This document shows positions 12,444 through 26,617 of a stretch of 64,000 bases of DNA, piece after piece; position 1 is the first letter of the stretch; each line of letters begins with the position of its first letter. The position numbers and the translations under genes are program-made. The DNA is from Adineta vaga (taxonomy: Eukaryota > Animalia > Rotifera): assembly GCA_021613535.1 (NCBI GenBank), contig CP075495.1:6324001-6388000 (forward strand), written 5' to 3'. Below the pieces are notes generated by a model. It searched no databases. It worked only from the letters and a program-made list of their open reading frames with translations, and was not told the DNA's origin.

Positions 12444-15400
12444 TTCTTTGTTCTTATGTGATTAGTTTAAGATTATTAAAACATGAAATTATGTTTATGC
12501 AACGGATAAATTAGAGATTGGATTTTTTCTAGAATAAAGACAAAGAAAGACATCATTACTATTATTATTATTATTTCGAGACATGCCATGGATAAGGTAT
12601 AGAAAGTATTAGTCAGACGAGTTCGAATAGGAAATGTCAATAGGAGAAAATCCCGTTAAATTATGATGATGATAATAATAATAATAATAATGAGGAAGAA
12701 AACAACTCTACTATAATAAGAACAATAATAACAAACAAGACTGCCATTGACTGTCATCCTAACAAATGTCATCAGGATGACAGAAGCTACTCGAAATCAT
12801 CATTCATTATTTCGAAAGAAAGAAGAATTCTTTTAGTTCTTCTCTCGAAACAATTGATCATTTCGCTAATTATCAAATATTTCTCAAGATAATATTTATT
12901 ATCAATAAAAAACAAAATTTCAATAAGATATTTCGTAAATACTCTATTCTGAATAAAGCTGAAATAGGAGAATGAATTATGTATATGATATGCAATACTA
13001 TAAAGAAAAAGCAATACATACAGCCTAGTGTTTTTGTATGTGCATCTGTTTACTTTCTTTCTCGGCTTCTTTTTCCTTGCTTTGAGAAAAAAAGAATAAA
13101 TCGTTTGTGACTATATACATTATTTTTTTTTTTCATTTACTAGTTTGATTCATCTGAAGAAACGAAGAGCGAAAGAGAGAAGAAGAGTGAGAAAATGAGG
13201 GTGTCTTGCGCGCAGCATACCACAGGAAATAGTCTGCCAATATTTTTATCTGTCTGAATAAATTAAATATATCTCTTGTATCCGGATGCTCATTTTCACA
13301 CTTCCCCTAAATGCAAAAACCATTGTACCTATCGATACTACAATAACAACGATACAATATGAAAGTCAAGTGCGTTATCTACTCGAAGAAAAGAAATGAA
13401 GATTCTGTTCATTACCTTTTTTTGTTCATCGCTCATATTAAAAGATTAACATCTATGATGGATAAAAAAAGAAGAAGATCCTTATTTAATGAAAAAAATT
13501 CTCTCGTTTCAACTAATACACCTATCTAGTCCAGTTAGCATGCATCTATCTCTTTAGAAAAAGAAGAAGAAGAAGAAAAAGTAAAGAAATGACTGAAAAG
13601 TGTCGTTGCATGCCAATTATAAACAGATCAAAGCTAACTGATCTAGACATTGAAATAATAAGATTTTATTTCATTTCAAGGCTTTAATTCAAAACCAAAT
13701 TAGATGAACAGTTTTTCTTATTTATTTCATGATAAAACATGAATGACTGGGTAATTGCAAGTGCTGAAAGAAACTAATAAAATTCAGGGTCATCTACAAC
13801 TGTTTACTAATATTTGAAAAACTAAAAAATAAAATGCAAAAAAAAATTAAGGTTATTTTTTCTCATTTTCATTGTAATTTCTTTGACGGTATTCGACCGG
13901 AGGTAAATTAGCACGAAATCATCCATAATGTGACAAAAGTGATTTATGAGAAAGTAATCGATTAGACTGAGCTATCACGTTTTTTTCCCTTCATTATTTT
14001 ATCGATGTGTAATCAAAATACCAGTACGATTCGATTACTTAAACTATAGCTAGTCGAAGAAAAATAAAACGAAACGAGAGAAAGCGGAACGCAAAAGGTA
14101 GTAATTCCTACGTGAAGTGTTATAAAAAAAACAGACACCATTACCTTTGAATATTGTCGTAGTAAAATGTCTTACCTAGACATTGAAAAAACGAAAATGT
14201 GTGAGTGCGCAGTTTGCACACATCGACAAATTGTCATTGAAATGTGAACAATAAGAAGAAGAAAAAAACAAATGATTTGCTTGCAGGTATTTCTTTCTTA
14301 TTATGTAACAAACTTCGACAAATTGTGAAGAGAAAAATATATAAGAGTGATATGAGAAAAGAAATTAACAGACATAGATAAAACGTCACTGATTTCATAC
14401 ATATGCTAATAAGCTCGATGGGATGCATGCAATTTTCGTTAACATGTTTCGTCATTTCTTTCTCTTTCTATCAAAATTCAATCTCTCTTTTTCATCTCAT
14501 TCTTTATATAATCTAGACTGTTTTTTTTTATTATTATTTTTTTTTCTTCGCTTTATTGTTATCGTACTTTATCCATGACGAACCTTTTCACTTCTCACAG
14601 CTTGTTTGTCCATTAATCATCAGATGTCTATTGGGTAGAATGTAACATGCATATATTGATAATAATATATAATGTGCCAGAAATTGGAACTAATTTGTAA
14701 ATAATTATGTCCGAATTCTTTTTTAAAGATAAACATAACGATTATTTGTTATAGAAGGAAAAAAGTTAATATTTAACTTTGGAAAAAAAATACGGAGAGT
14801 TAAATAGAAACAATTGACATAAAAGATCTTTTTTTCTCTTCTTCTTCTTTGTCTCGTCAAACTATTTCCTACGAACAATTACGATTAATGTACTTATTCG
14901 AACTATTTATAGTAAATTATTTTTCTCTCTAATACTTTACATTAAATAATCGACACATATAGAGGGAAAAACGTAGGCTGAAGTACTCTTTCATAAGAAT
15001 AATTTTATTTCGAAAATAAAAGAATTTTTCTTGATATTATCGAATTATAATGCTCCAGATTTCCTTTCATCTATTCATTCGAACAAATTATTGACTGTTC
15101 TGCAAAATTCGAAGGAAACACAAAAAAACTTAATGATCGAATTATAAAATGTCATCAAAAAAGGAAATGAAAGCCTTCCTAATCCCACGGGATGTATTAT
15201 CCATTAGACTTCAATAGATAGATAGTGCTATTTTTAAGTCTGCACGATAAAATTTTTCATCGAATTTTAAATTATTCTATACAACAGTAATGTAGAGAAC
15301 GTTTGTTTTCAAAAATTTATATAGCAAATGGAATGTTATTTTTCTACTATTAATAAATATAACTGAAGGTCAAATATCGATCGTTTATACAGACAAAATG

Positions 15401-17504
15401 TGCAAATCGATCTTATTTATTTGTCACGCATAACTTCAAAAACTCGACTAAATTTCTTAGGGTAATTTATATTCATAGGAGCATGAAGAAGAGATTGACG
15501 AATACAAAAGAATGAAAACGATTGACAATAGTTTAAGATTATTAAGATTTATATCTTGAGGATAGAATGTTGACACTTACAGACGCCCTTCGATTACATG
15601 ACGAATCTCTTACATAGACGAATAGAATCAGAAAGGTTATCAATGTTGATGAGCATGAAATACTAAGCAGACAAGGAGATATAACGAAAAGAAAAAAAAA
15701 ACGATTTATTTTTCTTTCATATGCACTTTTTTGGATTAACTGTAAGGACGTAAGGGTGTCGAAAAAGAAAGGAATAAATATATGAAAGAAGAAAGAATAT
15801 AAAAGAGAGAAGGAGAGAAAGAGAAATTTACTTGACGACGAAAACGATTGATTGAGCCTTATAAACGAACAAAAAAAAACATGATAGACCAAATCTCGAC
15901 ACGCACCCGACTATTTAGATAGAAAGATATAAATGTAATCATATCAAATTCTTTTTATTCTGAGCGCAAATAATAAAAGCAAAAGTTTCGCTGATGTTTT
16001 TGCTTATTCGTCAAAGTTAGTCACATACATCATGTGTCATTTTGAAAAACGACTTTCCAAAAAAATGACAAGATCGTTCGTCACGAGTCATTGATGTTTG
16101 AAAAGGTGATAGATACCATAAAGAGAAAGAAATTTTATTCACAAGAAAGATTAAAAGAGAAAATAAAAAATGCAATGACGTTTTCGGGAAATTAGACGAT
16201 TTTCAACATTACAGCAGTCAACTATGTGTGCATGTCAATTATTATCACCACCTCCTTCTTCCCTCTTCATTTCAAGTTTTTCTTTCTTTCTCTTCCTCTA
16301 TCTCTGTCTCTCATCTATGACTTTTGATTTTTATTTCCCTGTATGATTTATTTTATACATTTATATATATATATATTAAAGTACGAACAATATAGTTTTC
16401 AACCACCTCAAAATCTATCAAAGATATCAACATCAGTTAAGAAAAAAAACTACAAAGTCTGTTTTTACTCTTTGACCTTTATAGTATAACATAACAATCC
16501 ATCATTATACGGTGTTTATTATTAAAATAATCAAATTTCGTTAGATTAACTCGCAGGTATTGAAAGAAAAACGCCTTTTTTGTTTTGTTCATTTTTTGAT
16601 TGTTAAGACGCTTAATTTGCATGGACACAGAGAAAGAGACTAAATATTCAGATATAATAATATAGATAGAACTGTCATAGTGAAATAATGACAACTAAGT
16701 TGCATGAAAAAATCACCTATGCCGACAACCGTTATTAAGAAACTTCTATGGTAGAGTTCATTTTTACTGTTTATTTCTCAAGAAGTCAAAACATTCTTCA
16801 TTCTAGAATATTCTAGGAAGATTATATCAGATTCAGTGTAAAATTACCGATACAGAATATGTAAAATGATGTCAATAGTTACCAATAATAAACTACTTTT
16901 ATACTTCCATATTCTTCTCGTAGATATATTTCTTTGAATATGTATGATTGTCTGCGCACTTTTAATGAATCTTGAGATTGAATATGTAACTAGCTAAGAT
17001 AGTTTTGTTACGATTTTCTCTGCATGATCACATCGTTTTCTCTGTAATAGAATAGTCTGTTTATATGCTGTATGTTTATCAATAAGAACTATCAGCAGGA
17101 ATGTGTTTACTCTACTTGAATACGAAACACACATTAAATCCATTTTTTGTTTGTTGTCTGACGAAATTACTCTTTTTGTCCTATGTACTGAGACTATGAT
17201 AATCAGAAAATAAGACGATAAATGATGTTGACACTTCAGAGAAGAAGAAGAAGAGAAGTTGAACGATGTTCTTCATTTTTATTTGATCACGAAGAATAAG
17301 TGCGATGGTGTACTGTTCAAGGATAATCTATGTCAAGAAAAAAGACGATTGACAGTGATGATAATAAGACATTGAATGATTATGCCTTGACATGTACCCT
17401 TTAGCAGTTATTCGAACTAATAACAAATGTTTTTTCGTAAAAAGAAATGACTAACATTTATTTCATTTAATATTATTAGCAAATATTTATTAACAAAAAT
17501 AAAA

Positions 17505-19933
17505 TCAAATAAATATTTTCATTGAATTCAGTAAACGTCGAACAGGCCGTACAGCAGCTAAACGTACTTCAAGTACTTGATTTTCTAATTGATCTAATAA
17601 TTGAATATGATGTTGTATCCAAGTCATTAATGGCCACGTATTCATTGTATGGTTTTTATCATGATGAAGAATTCGTTTTGAACCATAATTCAATACACTT
17701 ATACCAATTCGACCAACATGAGCAAGATTTTTCGATAATTGTTCAATATCTTGTCCCCATATTTGTTTACTTTTACTAATTTCAGGATCAGTAAATAAGG
17801 CTTGTAAACGAATGTGATTAAGTGACCATTTTTTAAACATATCATGTAATACATTATTATCAATTGGAGAAGTTTCTAATTTCCATATAAGTTCACTTTC
17901 AGCTTGTAGAGCATCGATAAACGTTGTTAAAGGTACTAAAGCAGAATATTTTTGACTTTGAGCGCGTGGTTCAAAACCACCCGGTTCACAAACATCAGCT
18001 AAAATCATAAATGGATGTAGAAGATCTCGTTTTTTACTCTGATCAAGGAGTAAATTTTCTAATCGAGTTTTGTATAATGATAAATGTGTAACACCTATTT
18101 GCATGTTATCGAGTAAATGATTCATACGAAACATACGTTCATAAACAGATGTTGTTTCATTTAATGAAGATGACGACCAAAAACGTTCAGCAATAACAAA
18201 TAGACGTGGCCATAGACGAGAATCAACTGTATCCTGTGAAACATATTCACTCCACAAACAAGCTTCACCACCAAGAATATGACTTCGTTGTTCTTTACTG
18301 AATAACCATAATTCATCATTATAAATTGGATCATTTCTATAATGAAATGTAGATGATGAAAGATGATCGAGATAGTAACCAGTTGAAAGTAAACCTCGAT
18401 AACCATTATTGATTGTAAAAGTAAGAGATCTTCGACTTTTCCACGATTGTATAATAGCTTTCTTATCGATGCCTGAATGTTCACCGATTTCATCGAGAAT
18501 TTCTTCCCAACCGATCATTATTTTATTATTTTTCTTAAGCATAGTTTGAACACGTCGATTAAAATAAGCCTGTAAACCATTCTTATCTCTAAGATTATGT
18601 TCTTGAATATATTTTTGAATTGAGGGTGATTGTGCCCATTGTGAACCTTCGACTTCATCACCACCAATATGAAAATAGGGATCAGGAAATAATTGAGTCA
18701 TTTCCTGAAGGAATCGATCAAGAAATTTAAATGTACTTTCTTTTGTCGGATCCATAGTTGCTTTTAACATACCCCATCGCGTATCTACTTGATACTGACC
18801 TGATACAGTCGCTAAATCAGGATAACCAACAAACCAACTAGAACAAGTACGAAAAATCCAATAAAATAATATCTTTTACGTGTTTTTTGTAATTATCATT
18901 TTATCTACGCAACTTCCTTCATTCTCAACTCGATGATAATTATTCTCCTCAAAAGACGGAACTTATTATTTTGAAAATAACATTTAACTACCTTCCAACC
19001 GCGAATATTTCTTCTTTTTTTGAAAATCAGTTCTTATCAAAATAGTTACCTTGTTGTATGACCTGGAACATCAAATTCTGGTATCAAACGAATACGTCTT
19101 TCTTCAGCATATTTAACAAGATGTTTAATATCTTTTTGACTATAATAATCTTTTCGATCATGTAATAGTGGATATACAAGACTTTCGACACGAAAACCTT
19201 GATCATCAGATAAATGCATATGAAGAACATTCATTTTACTCATTTCCATTGCATTTAATGTTCGTTCAATGACTGCAACTGGCATCCAATGACGAGACAT
19301 ATCAAGTAATAAACCTCGCCATGCAAATCGTGGTCGATCAACAATATGTACACATGGAATAAAACTTGTATCGGATGATTTATCTCGTTCAATCAATTGA
19401 ACAAATGTGGAAAGACCTCGAATGATACCTGTTAATGTTATTGCAGATAGATATGATCCTGTTTTTGTCACATTAAGTGTATAAGATTCATCTTCACCAA
19501 GTTCAGGATATTTATCGTTTTTGCAATTCTGTGAAGTACAATCAATAGTTAGTGTATTCTCTGCAGTTGATGATGAAGTTAGATCGACTTTGATTGAAAG
19601 TTTTGTTAATGTTGACATATACTTTGAGTAACGCATAAGTGCTAGTTCGAGATAGTTCGAAGGTTTTTCATTTGCGACAAAACGAAAATTATCAGATAAG
19701 ACAAATTTGGAGTGTTCCGTTTGAACAAATAATGGCATAGGTATCACTTTGATATTTGTTAATATGGGATTAAAATCACGAAGAGAGTTGAGATGATTAT
19801 TATCGTAATAATCATCATTACGATTAATAAATAGTTTTTGATTACCATTTCGTAAAAGCAGATACAAAATAAAAACAAAATTAATAGCTAATGATAAAAT
19901 TAACACTTTAAAAACAAACACAGGTCGTAGCAT
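17505..19933 (-). CDS. GH20 beta-N-acetylhexosaminidase, bacterial-type, with N-terminal signal anchor; 2 exons (19933-19050, 18837-17505)
   Basis: Motifs PRFAWRGLLLDMSRH, HLSDDQGFRVES, PEFDVPGHTTSW, catalytic FHIGGDEV and ILGGEACLWSE...RLWPR. A 212-nt GT-AG intron joins the two ORFs in frame. Confidence 0.95.
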
Positions 19934-21945
19934 ACTAAATATAAAGAAAAGAAAACTATCTATTTTGTTGTTCAATTCGTTTCAAAATAAGAACATTTAT
20001 AAGAAAATTTTTTCTTAAAATGAGTTGATCTATACAATACCTATTTGATTTGAATATTTTGAATTAATCAATCTGGAAAGACTTGTCCCAAATGTATTTT
20101 TTTCTCCAAACAATGAATAATGAATGAATTTTTACATATTAATAGAAAAAAAATTCTCGATGAGTCTATATCTATAAAATAATCAAAACGAATTTAATTA
20201 TTTCGTACCTGTAGGTATATTAAAACAAAAATCGATTTTCACTTATTTGATACAAAACATCTAACCATCGATTCATCTATACTTTTGAAAAGCTTACATA
20301 TAGACCATACTTGAATCATAATCTTTTCTTTACTTAGAGATTAAATATTTGAATTTGAGGAGTCCTATACGGCCAGGTTTATTGTTGTTCTTTGTAACAC
20401 ATCTTATAAGCGATGAAAGAATATAAAAATCTATCACATTCTTTATATATATATATATAGTCTCATTTAGATCGTAAAAATGACAAATGCAGATGTATTG
20501 ACAGAAGCAACCGACTTCGCACTATTGATTCGACTATATAATGGTCGATGAAGAAAATAAATCGTGAAATAATTTTACGAATTTCTACCGAAGTCTACTG
20601 ATGAAACAATCAAAATGGTGTTAGTGTAATCGAGAGAAAAGGAAAAAACAAGAATATTGTTGAATACTACTTAAAACAAATGGTAAAACAACGTGACATG
20701 CTTTTTAATTTCGCTTTTCATTTCATTTTGTTAAAACAGAAAGATAGAAATGAAACTCTACACAAAAACAAATGAAAAGAAAAAAAACGCGGTACCATTT
20801 ATCATGGTAACAGAAAACATAGACAGTGTTTGTTTTGAATTCCATTTTCTTCTTTGAAACAAGGTATTTTTTTTCTTTTCTTCATTAATGTAGTCTGTTT
20901 AAAAATCAATAAATACAACCGAAGAAAATACAAAACCAATCTATGATCAATCAACTTACACTGAAACATTATTTAATTCAATGTAGTTTTTTTCTCAGAT
21001 ATTCACAAAATCATTCAGTATAAAAATGTCTTCTAAGTTCGAAACTTGTCGGCCTTTTCTCTTTATTTACTAACACTTAAAAGAAGGTTTATCAGTATCT
21101 TAACCGATATTATATAAGCTTTGATATAAAACTACCTCGAAGTTTTCAATAAATAAACAGTTTTAATAGAAACCGGAAAACTCGAAAAGTATCTAGAATT
21201 TTTGATTACATTCTTCCGATACTTTTTTTGTCAATTAAGTTATTAAAATCTAGTCTATCGATTGGAACTAGACATCCTATAATTGTATTTATACTTACAT
21301 ATTTGCCGAAGAACACGTTTGAATAAGATGATAATAAACTTTTCGATTCTTTTCTAAATATATATATATACATTTGTGAGGAGAAAATATGAATAAAAAT
21401 AGATGAATTTATGAGTTTGACATCTGTTTCATCATCATCATCATCATTTAACGTTCTGTTTTTTGTTAGGCAAGCGTTTTACCTTTAAGAAATTCTCTTT
21501 CCTCCTTTTTTTTCTCTTTCTGCTCTGTTTATCTTCTGTAACTTTCGTCATTTAACAATCTACTGAAGACTTTTTTTGAAAAGAAAAAAAAGAAGAAACG
21601 TGAGCATTACACAATAGAAAAAAATGCATTACATATCAAGTGATATTCAATTGGAGTACTTTTTTTAGTCCTTGAAACGTATAAGGCAACTATTCTTATA
21701 TTTAATTTTAGTAAAAAAATGAATTTCAAAGAAAAAGAAGAAAAAGGAAACGCGTCAGGCACATTTGGAAAACGACTAATTTAGTCGGATAGGGAACGAT
21801 GGGAAAAAAAGAAGAAGCTTGCAAGCAACGAACAATTATAATATATATATATATATATAGAAAAGAAAATTCAGCATTTGTATGTTAGTTACATTCAAAC
21901 TTTGTAAAATAAAAAATATATTTAATAAAACGTATAATTATTTCG

Positions 21946-22449
21946 ATGGCGTATGTTCTTGGTCAACCCCAATACATAATAGCACAACCACAACATCAAG
22001 GTACTATTATAGTCGATCCTTTTAACCAACTAGAACATGAATGGTCGAGTGATTTATGTAACTGCTGCGATAATATGAGTCAATGTAAGTTGATTTGTCA
22101 TACAGAATAATAAGAAATCTTTCAAATTCTCTGTTATTTTTTTTTAAAGGCTGTTATGCATATTTTTGTTGGTACTGTTTTCTTGGTTCATTGGCTCATA
22201 AAATCAAGGAATCAAGTGTATCATGTTGTTTTGTTCCAAATGTTCTCGCTGTTTATCGAATGAAGATTCGATCAATTTTAAAAATTCGCGTAAGATTGAT
22301 TTTAGATAGGACCTTTCTTTTTATTTTAGTCTAAATCATTTCTATCTAAATAGGGCAGTGCATGTAACGATTGTTGCGTTGTATGTTGGTGTCCATTTTG
22401 TGCTGGTGTACAAATGGTTAATGAATTGCATAATCGTGGATTGGCTTAA
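21946..22449 (+). CDS. PLAC8/cornifelin family Cys-rich protein, 3 exons
   Basis: Spliced translation ...EWSSDLCNCCDNMSQCCYAYFCWYCF...YRMKIRSILKIRGSACNDCCVVCWCPFCAGVQMVNEL matches the PLAC8 pattern. Confidence 0.9.
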
Positions 22450-23642
22450 ACAAGTAAAACATAAGTTTTCAAAAAATTAAGAGAACATAATTCTGATTCG
22501 CACGGATATATTTAATCAAAACTTATTCACTAATAAAAATCTATTTTTTCTCAACTCTTATCATTGAATGAATATATATATATATATATCATTTTGTTTT
22601 TACATTCTAAAAATAACACTAACATAAACGATATTGATTGGACTGTGAATAAAATAAGTTTTGAAACATGCAAATCGAGATAAATATGATTATATTAAGA
22701 AAGAAAAAACAATTTTACTTATATCTTTTACGTGCACATAAAACAACCCACTTCTGTTGAATTAATAGTTAAAGATATACTTTTCAAATCATAACAAGCA
22801 AATTTATATATTGAAGGTCACCTATGATTCTTTTGACGTTTTAATAAATAATGTCACAAGTATAACTAGAGAATATTTAAAATTAATCTTTCTTTCTCTA
22901 ATGGTAACAATAGATGTGTAATCAAATTGTATTCATCCCGAGAATAATGCCGGTAACTTCACACACGATTATAATATGCATACTTTCGGTGTCAAATGCT
23001 CAATTCTTTCGAGAATAACAATGCTATTCAAGTCGATTTCTATATGGATACGTGTGATTTTATTCGCTAATATCGTTGTTAAATAATTCAGAAAAGACAA
23101 AAAAAGAAATAAATGATCATTTCTGACTAAAGAGATTCTTTTCCGATTTATTTTCAACTTCGAGAAAATATGCATTTCACAATACTATTGTGACTTTGAC
23201 TGTTTCAGCGCTAATTGTGCTATATATCAAATATATTAACAACGATAAAGATGATTATTTTATCATATTCATACCTATATGACTTCCATCTATTTATGTT
23301 ATGTTTACAACAATTATAGATTTTTTTTTGTGTTAAATTCTAAACCCAAACTATTAACAATGTACATACACACACAGATATATATATATATATATATGAA
23401 GAGTGAGAGAGAGAGAGAGAGAAAGAGAAAAAACTGGATATAATTAACCAAAGAATCTGTTCGTTTTTGTAGAATGTCAATAATTGTATGGAAAGTTTTT
23501 ATAGACATTTGTAAAAATATTCAATTGAAAAAATATGATCATTAAAGACAGAATATATAATGTTAATATACTGGTATTTAATGATTTATATATGTCATTT
23601 TTGTGAGCTAGATTTGTAAGCATCCGATAGTACTCAAGAAAA

Positions 23643-23987
23643 TCACTCGAGTTCTTCTTCATGTGATTGTCTTCGTTGATGTTCATCTTTTGATGGTGTA
23701 TGAATATCTTGTCCTGCTATTGAACGTCGTATTAACCATTGACGATTAAATCGATTACTAAAAGATGTATCATGCCAACACCAACAATGTCGGCTACATA
23801 AGTTTACCCAGAGTAAAATAAGGAAGACACCAATCATAAATGCAATGCCTGCGATATAAATTGTACTAACAACAGTTCGTGTACGAACAGTTGATGATGT
23901 TGTAAGATTCGAGGTTAATGATGAAATAATGATTGTCGTAAGTTTCGTACTATTTTCCATCATTTGATTTCGGCGTTGATCGTTCAT
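23643..23987 (-). CDS. Small single-pass membrane protein, unknown function
   Basis: 114-aa ORF with an S/T-rich N-terminus, a hydrophobic TM (IYIAGIAFMIGVFLILLWV), juxtamembrane cysteines and a charged tail. GC-richer than flanks. Confidence 0.65.
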   Translation of the reverse strand: MNDQRRNQMMENSTKLTTIIISSLTSNLTTSSTVRTRTVVSTIYIAGIAFMIGVFLILLWVNLCSRHCWCWHDTSFSNRFNRQWLIRRSIAGQDIHTPSKDEHQRRQSHEEELE

Positions 23988-25919
23988 ATTTTTATTTGGT
24001 TAAAAAATTTGTTTGTCGGAATAGTTATGATCAATCATTAATAGGAAGTTTGGTCGAGTATCGATCGTTAATCGTATCATAGTTTCGTCCTTAAAGGATC
24101 AAGAAAAAACACAATAATCAGTCAATATGGTGTTTAACTCCTTTGATAGATAGATATATATGCATTTAGAATGATAATATCTTCGATCGATTGTTGTTGG
24201 TAGATGGAATAGCAAGAAGCGAATAATAATTTCTATCGAAAGAAAAACGTTTTTCTTCGTAGATACGTTCTTGTTCTCAGTGTCGAGAGAAGTTTTATTC
24301 TATTCCTATTTCTCTGTATCATGTGTGATAGAAAGAGAAAATAGATAGATAGATAGATATACGAGTGAAAAAAAACGTGAAAGAGAAAAAAAAGAAAAGA
24401 AACCTTCTTTAGTATTGACAACAGTTTCCGTCATCTCGTTTTCTCCTCTGTCCCTTCATTTCTTTTATCCTGTTTATGAATGATGAACAAAGAAAATAAG
24501 ATTAAAAAGATGGATAGATCTATTGATAGATTCGAACTAAAAAAAAAAGAAACTTCGTGATTTTATGGAACAATCAAGAAATCATCATTATTGCATCGAA
24601 GAAATCTTCTCATGTATATAATCGTAGATAATTAAGAATTGATAAACTATTCTGACGTTATGAATAAATATATGAAAATATTCAGCGTTTCTCACTCTGT
24701 TTTTTAACTTGCTGATGGCGGCCTTTCAATGTTCAATTAATAAATAGAAACATTCTTGTTACTTTCGTGACTATGTTATAATTATTTTTTGCTACTTGTA
24801 ATCAACTATATAACATGTTGATGTGCGTGCGAGGAACTTTTTTCCCTTCATTCAATATGTAACGAATATATATGTAGATTGAAATGAAAATGAATACTTT
24901 TAGTAATGGAAAACTACCCCATCAATTCATTTATCATTGTCAGTAAAACAATCAACTATGTATTAGAAAAATTAATAATAAAAAAAGAATCTAGTTATAG
25001 ATTTTGCTAGTCTTGAGATTTATCATTTGTTTTAACATATAATTTTAATAATAGTTTCGTTTCATTATTTTGCGTTGTTCCATTTTGATTAGCAAGATTC
25101 AAATAAATTTTCTTCTTATCGTCACTATGAATCGGAATAATCTTTACAAATTTGTCTTTAACGAATAATATACGGTGTTCATTATTCATTTTCAGTACAC
25201 ATTTACAATTTTTCGGAATGTTTCCTTTAATTACATATATCATAACCTATTCTCATGATTATATTCTCTCTATTTGCTACTGTCAGAGTAAATTTTTTAG
25301 CTGTCGTATTGTTTTTAATTGAATTTCTATTATTAGATATGTACAGATATTAAATAATGATTGGAATTATTTTATTAGTAATTGAAAGTTATAAAAATTC
25401 TATCAAAAAACGAAAGAAGCTAATATGAAACGATTATATGCTTCATAGAATAGAGATTGCGAAACCATTTCGTTTCATAAATTAAATAAATGTCAACAAT
25501 TATAAACTGTCCATACATCAATGATTCAATATGACTTGATTTGATTATAAAACAAATGCGTCAGTAACTATTTTCTCTTTCAAAGAAACTTTACTTATAT
25601 GTATTACTTTCATTGAAAGTAAATCGAGTCTTATTCATTGTTTATTTTGAATAACTATCGTAAATGTCATATTATCACAAACGTATACATTGTTTGATTC
25701 GAAGACTAAACGATGCAATGTAATGATCAACTTCGTGGTATGATTACTGTATTGAAAAGAAGAAAAACAACACAAAAAAAGAAAAGAAAACAACAACTGT
25801 TCAAATAATACACATGAAAAGCTCGACTAACAAAGAAGGAAAAAAACATGAAATTATTTGATTATTATTTATTAACTGGAGATTATGCATTGATCTACTA
25901 TCTTGAAATTCTTTTTCAA

Positions 25920-26120
25920 TCATGATGATGATTGTTGGTTAAAATCAAGTGATCGTAAAATATCTCGTTTATTATGCGGTTTTCTCAGCAATTCGGATTG
26001 TAAATGAAGAATATAATTGGAAATACATTGAATAAATTCCAATTCATTTTCACATTGATCAACACCTGGAACTAAATGTCGAAGTTGCTCGAATATATTC
26101 ATCATATGTTCGTCGTTCAT
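25920..26120 (-). CDS. Id/extramacrochaetae-like HLH microprotein lacking a basic region (66 aa)
   Basis: MMNIFEQLRHLVPGV...ELEFIQCISNYILHLQSEL fits the Id-type helix-loop-helix. An in-frame stop lies upstream of the ATG. Confidence 0.7.
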   Translation of the reverse strand: MNDEHMMNIFEQLRHLVPGVDQCENELEFIQCISNYILHLQSELLRKPHNKRDILRSLDFNQQSSS

Positions 26121-26617
26121 AATTTTAAATACACAAATAGACGTGTGATGCTTGTCACATAATCATCAAACTATGTCGAACGCACGCTGAGATGGTGAAG
26201 AGTTAGCATATAAGACACGCAAAAAGAACTAGAAGAATTGATGAAGACGACGAGAAAAAAGAAGGAAAAAAGAGAAGAAGACGAAGAAAAAACGGATGAC
26301 AACGAGCAAGAAAAAAAAATCTCGGCGTCGTTGCTCGATTTGAACACAGGACGAACATTCATTTGGATGTATGATAGTAGTCGTAGTAGTAATAGATGGA
26401 AACGAGCAGAACGTCACTCGGAAAAGCATCAAATATTGATGCAATCTCTTTTTTTTTGCCCTTTTTTTCTCCGTGGACAGACAATTTGCTTTTTTTGTCA
26501 CCAATCTATATGTATGTATATATGAACAATGCAATGATGTACAAGAAAGAAAAAAAAGGACGCAAAAAAATGAAAAAAATCAAATAGTCTAATGAACTCT
26601 TTGTTGTTTCTATATAA

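Noticed and set aside
12765-12780. CTGATGA on the minus strand (also near 20598 on + and 62596 on -) as a hammerhead ribozyme core
   Set aside because: No stem II followed by GAAA and no stem III/cleavage triplet could be built.
26171-26587. Several overlapping ORFs on both strands
   Set aside because: Low-complexity purine/pyrimidine tracts in the UTR/intergenic region between SPATA7 and the HLH gene; no protein-like features.
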